Shown here: piece by piece, positions 33,410 through 37,624 of the stretch
Layout: every line of letters begins with the position of its first letter
Position numbering within the stretch: the first letter of the stretch is position 1
Origin: a virus
IMG/VR virus record: IMGVR_UViG_3300033402_000312
Reading direction: 5' to 3' (one strand)
DNA length: 37,624 nucleotides
Notes under the pieces: model-generated
What the model was told of the DNA's origin: nothing
Databases searched by the model: none
The model's input: the letters and a program-made list of their open reading frames with translations, nothing else
Translations under genes and position numbers: made by a program

Positions 33410-36400
33410 TTATCCCACCTGGGTAGTGACGAAAGAACTCGCGTCAACCGACACGCCCCCGGTTGGGGGCGTTCCGAGGAACGGAGTTACGCTGACTGTT
33501 CTGCTCAAAACCGAATTCGACTGCAACACCGCTATCCCGCCCGACTGGAAGTCCGGCGTCACGAACACGCTGGAGTTCAACTGCGCCTCAGCGACGATCT
33601 GCGCGGCTGCCACGTTCGTCTCGTTCGAGGGGGCGTGGGTCTGCAAGCTCAGCGTGCTGTTGCGCGAGACCGCGTAGAACGAGCCGGGCCGCCGGAGCGT
33701 GCCCCCGGCGACCAAGGTAACGTTGGAGGAAGTCACGTTCGACTGGGCAGCCACGATTCCGCTGCCCGCGTCGGGAACATTCAGCAGGCCTCCGTCGAGG
33801 ATCACGCTGTCGCAGCCCGTGAAGGAGCCAGCCTGCACGTTGTTGACCCATTGGCAGCCGACCATGTCTATGTCGCCGTTGTATGCGACTATGGCGGGGT
33901 TCGTGAAGCCCTTGAACTGGATGCCGTTCAAGATCACCCGGCTGGTGTCCATGTAGAACGCGCAGGTCGGGCCGTCGCCGAATCCGGGGAACCCGGTTGC
34001 GTCGATGACCACGGGGTTCGTCGCGCCTTCCGTCTGCGAGATGACGAGGCGTCCTTCGCCCTGGATCACGCGGGAGAGGTTCGCGACGCAGTAAATCTTC
34101 GAGGAGCGGATGTCCCCGTCCCCCAAAGCGACCGTGCTGATGTTCGGGATCGTGGTGAGGGAATACGGGACGCCGGTGTCGGCGATGATGACCACGCACG
34201 GGAATGTGAGCACCGGGGGAAACAGGGCTATCGCCGCGCCGAGGGTCGCTAGCGACTCGGTCACTGTCAACCCGGAGTTGCTGTCGCTGCCCGCAGAGTT
34301 GTTCACATACAATGTGATCGGCGCGATGGTAGTCTGAAGGTTCTGACCGAGCACGGTGCGCGGAGTCGGGGCTTTGATGGCGAAACCGATGTGCGGGGTA
34401 GCCTGCCCGAAGCCGCGCTGCGCGGGCGTTGTGAACTGGATCGTTTTGCGGGTGTCCTTGTTTATCGGCGGGATGAAATCGTTTGTGTGCATCGGGACGA
34501 GGAACGTGTCCTCGACGTTGTCAAACTGCATAGCAACGTAGTTGCTGTCGAAAAAAGACTGGAGCGGAGTGTTGGTAAGCTGCGCGTCGTTCCAATTCAG
34601 GAGCACCGGGAGCATGGTGACTATCGGAAGCTCGCGGTCATACGGATACACGTCGGCAAGGCCAATCACAGGCGCTGCCCCTGTGCCGTTTGAAGTGACG
34701 AGCGCATTATCCTCGGTGTGCAGTATCTCGTAGACGCGGTTGAGGACGCCTTCGCCCTGGTAGGGAACATACTGCTCGCTGACAATAAGGCTCGAAGCCG
34801 GGGTCAAAGCGGGAAGAATTGATCCGACAAAGAAAAACGGTTGAGCGCCTGCGAGCAGCGGATCGAGCGTCACGGTGCCGGGGACTACGACTGTCAGCGT
34901 GCCGTTGATCGGGTTGATGCTTTGCACCTGCACCGCTTGCGCGGACGGCGGGGCGGTAGAGGTATTGACTACCCAGATGAAACGGTTTGTATCATCGCCC
35001 GCCAACCCCTTAAATACACAATTTTGGAAGCCCAATACGATGGTCGTAGGTGTGCCGACGCCGCCCGGCGCTCTCACATTCACTACAGTGACTCGGGGGT
35101 CTGTTGGAAAGTTCGCATCACCCGACCAATTGCCAAACAGTACAGTTTCTTCAATTTCAGTGATGCCCTTGACCGGGGCGTTGTAGTTCGCTTGGCATGT
35201 GTTGGCCAGCAGCAACTCAAATATAACTGTCGAGCTTGCTGACACAGCCGCTTGGATTGTGACCACGGTCTGGGTGTTGGTGTTTATTACAGTCCCTATG
35301 GATTGGCCGGAGATCGTGTAGAATGCCTTGCTCGCGAAGTCGAAGGCTTTCACGCAATAGAGGGCGTTGAGGCTGCCGCTGATGCGGTTCGTCGGTATCG
35401 TGAAAACAGTGACCGTCTGCCCGCCGACAGTCTCTTGGACGCCAGCGGAGCCGGGCACGGCCAACCAAAGCCTCGTGCCAAACTCGATGTCGGAATACTC
35501 AGGACTGATCGCCAGCAAGGAGTTAATCGCAGTGCTTCGCCCGTTGACTATAGCGGAAGTCGGCAATGCGATCTGCGTCGTTTGAACCTCATATTCAGAC
35601 ACGCCATAGACCGGGTACACGATGCCGTTCGCATTGTCCGAGAGGGTGCCGCCGTCCACGGAAAACGGGATCACGCGGAGATCAGTGCCAGAGCCAGCAG
35701 GATAGGTCACGCCGACTGTGACATAAAGGGGGTTCGTGCTGGGGTCAAACGCGGTGTTCGTAAGATCGACGACGAACTGCACCGAGACTTGTGAAGTGCC
35801 GAGGTTGGACGGCTCAAACTGCCCTTGGAGCAGCGCAGCCGGGGTTATCGTATTCGCTGCCCGGTTGCTGACGAGGGCAGTCACATCCACGGAAGTAATC
35901 TTTCCTGTTGACGTGGTTGGCAAAGCTATGGCAAACGTGTCGTTGACAGTCCAAGCAGCGGTGGTGTTGCCGCTCGTCTTCGAAGAGATGGGCACCAAGA
36001 TCGTCGTGACATAGGTGCGCAAGTCGGAACTGAACCCGTTTTGGAAACCGTCCCATGCGCCCACCGTGTTCGTGTTGGCAATGCTTGCGGGGGCAACGGA
36101 CACGTTGTACTCCAGCATGGAGCCGAGCGCCCTCGGGTCGTTGCCCGGCGAGAGACCGCGAGAGACCGCCAGCTTGGTGTTGCCGGTCACAAGGTCGCCA
36201 AAACTGAACCGCATATCGGAGTCCAAGTCGTCGCCTTGAAGGCGTACGACGGAGCGTGTGTCAACCACATCGCTTGGGTAAATCTGGTCAGCAAGCTCGT
36301 CATCGAAGCGCCCGGAAATGCCTGTTGTAGTGGTGCCAGAGCCGGGGACGCTCGAAGAGGCGCAGCCAAAGAGGTTCTGCACGATGTCGAAATTCCCTGT

Positions 36401-37462
36401 GTTGCGCTGGAATACGACGGCGAGCGGCATGGCGTAGCTGTAGCCGTCCATGGTGCCGAGGGAATTGTTGACGTTGCCGTCACCCGCCACCCACAGCCCA
36501 GTGTCGCCGTTGATCGGGTACGGGTTCCAGTAAGCATTGTTTACGCGTCCTGTCGTCGGGTCGAGCGGGGGCACCCCGGCAGGAACATTGACGTACGCAA
36601 CGTAATAGGAACCGTTGTACAGCACCACGTTGCCGTCCACGTATATCGAGCCGCTCCAGACCGGAATCGACGGGTTGCCGCCCATGTAGCTGAACCTGTA
36701 CGGCAGCAGACCTTGCAGCGGCGAGACGCCAAACGAGGGCGAGGTGAGCGATGCCTGCGCATAGACCGTGTTGAAGATGTTTGAAAACGAAGGCACATCG
36801 ATTGTATCCGGGTCGAGGCCGAACTTGAACATGTTGAAGTTGTAGTTCAGTCCCACGCGCTGCACATTGATGCGCCATTGGATTTGGGCGCGTTCTGTGG
36901 TGAACAGGCCCGCTGTCACATCAATGGAATCGTCGGGCAGGATTTCTGCGTTGTTTGGGCTGGGCTGGACGCCTCCGTACGGGTAGAAATAGAAAAGCTT
37001 CGTTATTGGGTCTTGGAAATACCCTTGCCCTGTCACCGGGTTGAGCGTCTGGTACCAGAGTTCGAGAAACACGACATAGGCGCGGGCGGGTTCCTCCGCA
37101 GTGCCGGGTGCCCAGTTCGGGGGCGACGGAATCTGCACGCGGTTCTGCGCGAGGCTGGAAGATTGGTTGCCGATGATAGAAACCACGGTGCCGTTGAAGA
37201 GCACGTCGAAAGACGGGACGGTGAAGACCAGCGGATTCTGCGTGTTGAACACCATTGGGGCATACGTCAAGCAGCCGGACGACACCATGTCGTTGAGGAC
37301 AGCAGAGCGCTTGGAGTCTTGCAAGTCTTGGACAACGTTCAGGTCAGCATCAGAAATTTCGTGGTCATGGAGGGCGACGATAGTCCTAAGACTTTTTCCA
37401 GCCGGATCGAGAGTCCGGGAAACTATCAGCGGGTATTGAAACGTTGCTGAAATGTCAGCCAT
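33410..37462 (-). CDS. large tail/baseplate structural protein, possible C-terminal beta-helix (1350 aa)
   Basis: GGAGG SD before MADISAT; DADLNVVQD and VFLELWY motifs; LYVNNSAGSDSNSG before a beta-helix-like tail. Confidence 0.75.
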   Translation of the reverse strand: MADISATFQYPLIVSRTLDPAGKSLRTIVALHDHEISDADLNVVQDLQDSKRSAVLNDMVSSGCLTYAPMVFNTQNPLVFTVPSFDVLFNGTVVSIIGNQSSSLAQNRVQIPSPPNWAPGTAEEPARAYVVFLELWYQTLNPVTGQGYFQDPITKLFYFYPYGGVQPSPNNAEILPDDSIDVTAGLFTTERAQIQWRINVQRVGLNYNFNMFKFGLDPDTIDVPSFSNIFNTVYAQASLTSPSFGVSPLQGLLPYRFSYMGGNPSIPVWSGSIYVDGNVVLYNGSYYVAYVNVPAGVPPLDPTTGRVNNAYWNPYPINGDTGLWVAGDGNVNNSLGTMDGYSYAMPLAVVFQRNTGNFDIVQNLFGCASSSVPGSGTTTTGISGRFDDELADQIYPSDVVDTRSVVRLQGDDLDSDMRFSFGDLVTGNTKLAVSRGLSPGNDPRALGSMLEYNVSVAPASIANTNTVGAWDGFQNGFSSDLRTYVTTILVPISSKTSGNTTAAWTVNDTFAIALPTTSTGKITSVDVTALVSNRAANTITPAALLQGQFEPSNLGTSQVSVQFVVDLTNTAFDPSTNPLYVTVGVTYPAGSGTDLRVIPFSVDGGTLSDNANGIVYPVYGVSEYEVQTTQIALPTSAIVNGRSTAINSLLAISPEYSDIEFGTRLWLAVPGSAGVQETVGGQTVTVFTIPTNRISGSLNALYCVKAFDFASKAFYTISGQSIGTVINTNTQTVVTIQAAVSASSTVIFELLLANTCQANYNAPVKGITEIEETVLFGNWSGDANFPTDPRVTVVNVRAPGGVGTPTTIVLGFQNCVFKGLAGDDTNRFIWVVNTSTAPPSAQAVQVQSINPINGTLTVVVPGTVTLDPLLAGAQPFFFVGSILPALTPASSLIVSEQYVPYQGEGVLNRVYEILHTEDNALVTSNGTGAAPVIGLADVYPYDRELPIVTMLPVLLNWNDAQLTNTPLQSFFDSNYVAMQFDNVEDTFLVPMHTNDFIPPINKDTRKTIQFTTPAQRGFGQATPHIGFAIKAPTPRTVLGQNLQTTIAPITLYVNNSAGSDSNSGLTVTESLATLGAAIALFPPVLTFPCVVIIADTGVPYSLTTIPNISTVALGDGDIRSSKIYCVANLSRVIQGEGRLVISQTEGATNPVVIDATGFPGFGDGPTCAFYMDTSRVILNGIQFKGFTNPAIVAYNGDIDMVGCQWVNNVQAGSFTGCDSVILDGGLLNVPDAGSGIVAAQSNVTSSNVTLVAGGTLRRPGSFYAVSRNSTLSLQTHAPSNETNVAAAQIVAEAQLNSSVFVTPDFQSGGIAVLQSNSVLSRTVSVTPFLGTPPTGGVSVDASSFVTTQVG

Positions 37463-37624
37463 TATGCCGTCGCGACCTCCCTTATGACAAATACTCCGGG
37501 TTCCCTGCAATCGCAGGAGGTTCTCCCGCAGGAGGTTCTCCCGCCCGCCAAAGCTTTGGCGCTGACCTCGATGACGGCACCGCAGTCGCACTTGCATGCC
37601 CAGCAGGAGTGGGAGGAACCCCCG
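37462..37624 (-). CDS. 3' end of a gene with a WxCxCDCG...L..G.T.SC.C domain (associated with phage HNH/AP2 endonucleases)
   Basis: Frame GGSSHSCWACKCDCGAVIEVSAKALAGGRTSCGRTSCDCREPGVFVIREVATA*; TAATG overlap with the next gene. Confidence 0.7.
   Translation of the reverse strand, partial: GGSSHSCWACKCDCGAVIEVSAKALAGGRTSCGRTSCDCREPGVFVIREVATA
37512..37544. repeat. 15-bp tandem duplication (cgcaggaggttctcc x2)
   Basis: Direct read; encodes GRTSC twice in frame. Confidence 0.9.

Noticed and set aside
13647-37450. Many long plus-strand ORFs (e.g. 13697-15163, 32579-34252)
   Set aside because: Antisense shadows of GC3-rich minus-strand genes with unnatural R/V/G/H-rich composition.
37512-37544. 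15-bp tandem duplication as a functional element
   Set aside because: A simple in-frame slippage duplication within a coding region.
1-37624. Genome-wide TAG reassignment (code 15)
   Set aside because: Very long ORFs are open in code 11 and TAG terminates several genes at normal junctions.

Overview
A 37.6-kb segment of a large, GC-rich myovirus-like (jumbo) phage genome, almost all on the minus strand. The host may be Acidobacteriota, inferred only from the cold-shock protein. The right ~26 kb (11985-37462) is a baseplate/tail module: large Ig-like and beta-rich virion proteins, a lytic transglycosylase, and gp25-like and gpJ-like wedge proteins. Three free-standing GIY-YIG homing endonucleases lie in or beside it. 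The left ~9 kb is a translation-control island that looks like an integrated, possibly undescribed system. (1) A sigma70-type promoter drives three 34-35 nt CCA-ending tRNA minihelices, a Thr/Gln/Ile-codon leader peptide and a terminator/antiterminator switch, then tRNA-Ile, 3x tRNA-Thr and 3x tRNA-Gln. This looks like ribosome-mediated attenuation of a tRNA array whose anticodons match the leader codons. (2) There are two amber (CUA) suppressor tRNAs and two nearby genes, one a PTH2-like peptidyl-tRNA hydrolase, that begin ATG-NNN-TAG. (3) A circularly permuted tmRNA with a 4-nt intervening segment lies near a truncated, editing-less AlaRS. (4) The tRNAs systematically deviate at U33 or in the T-loop. 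All RNA structures were folded by eye and no database searches were run.
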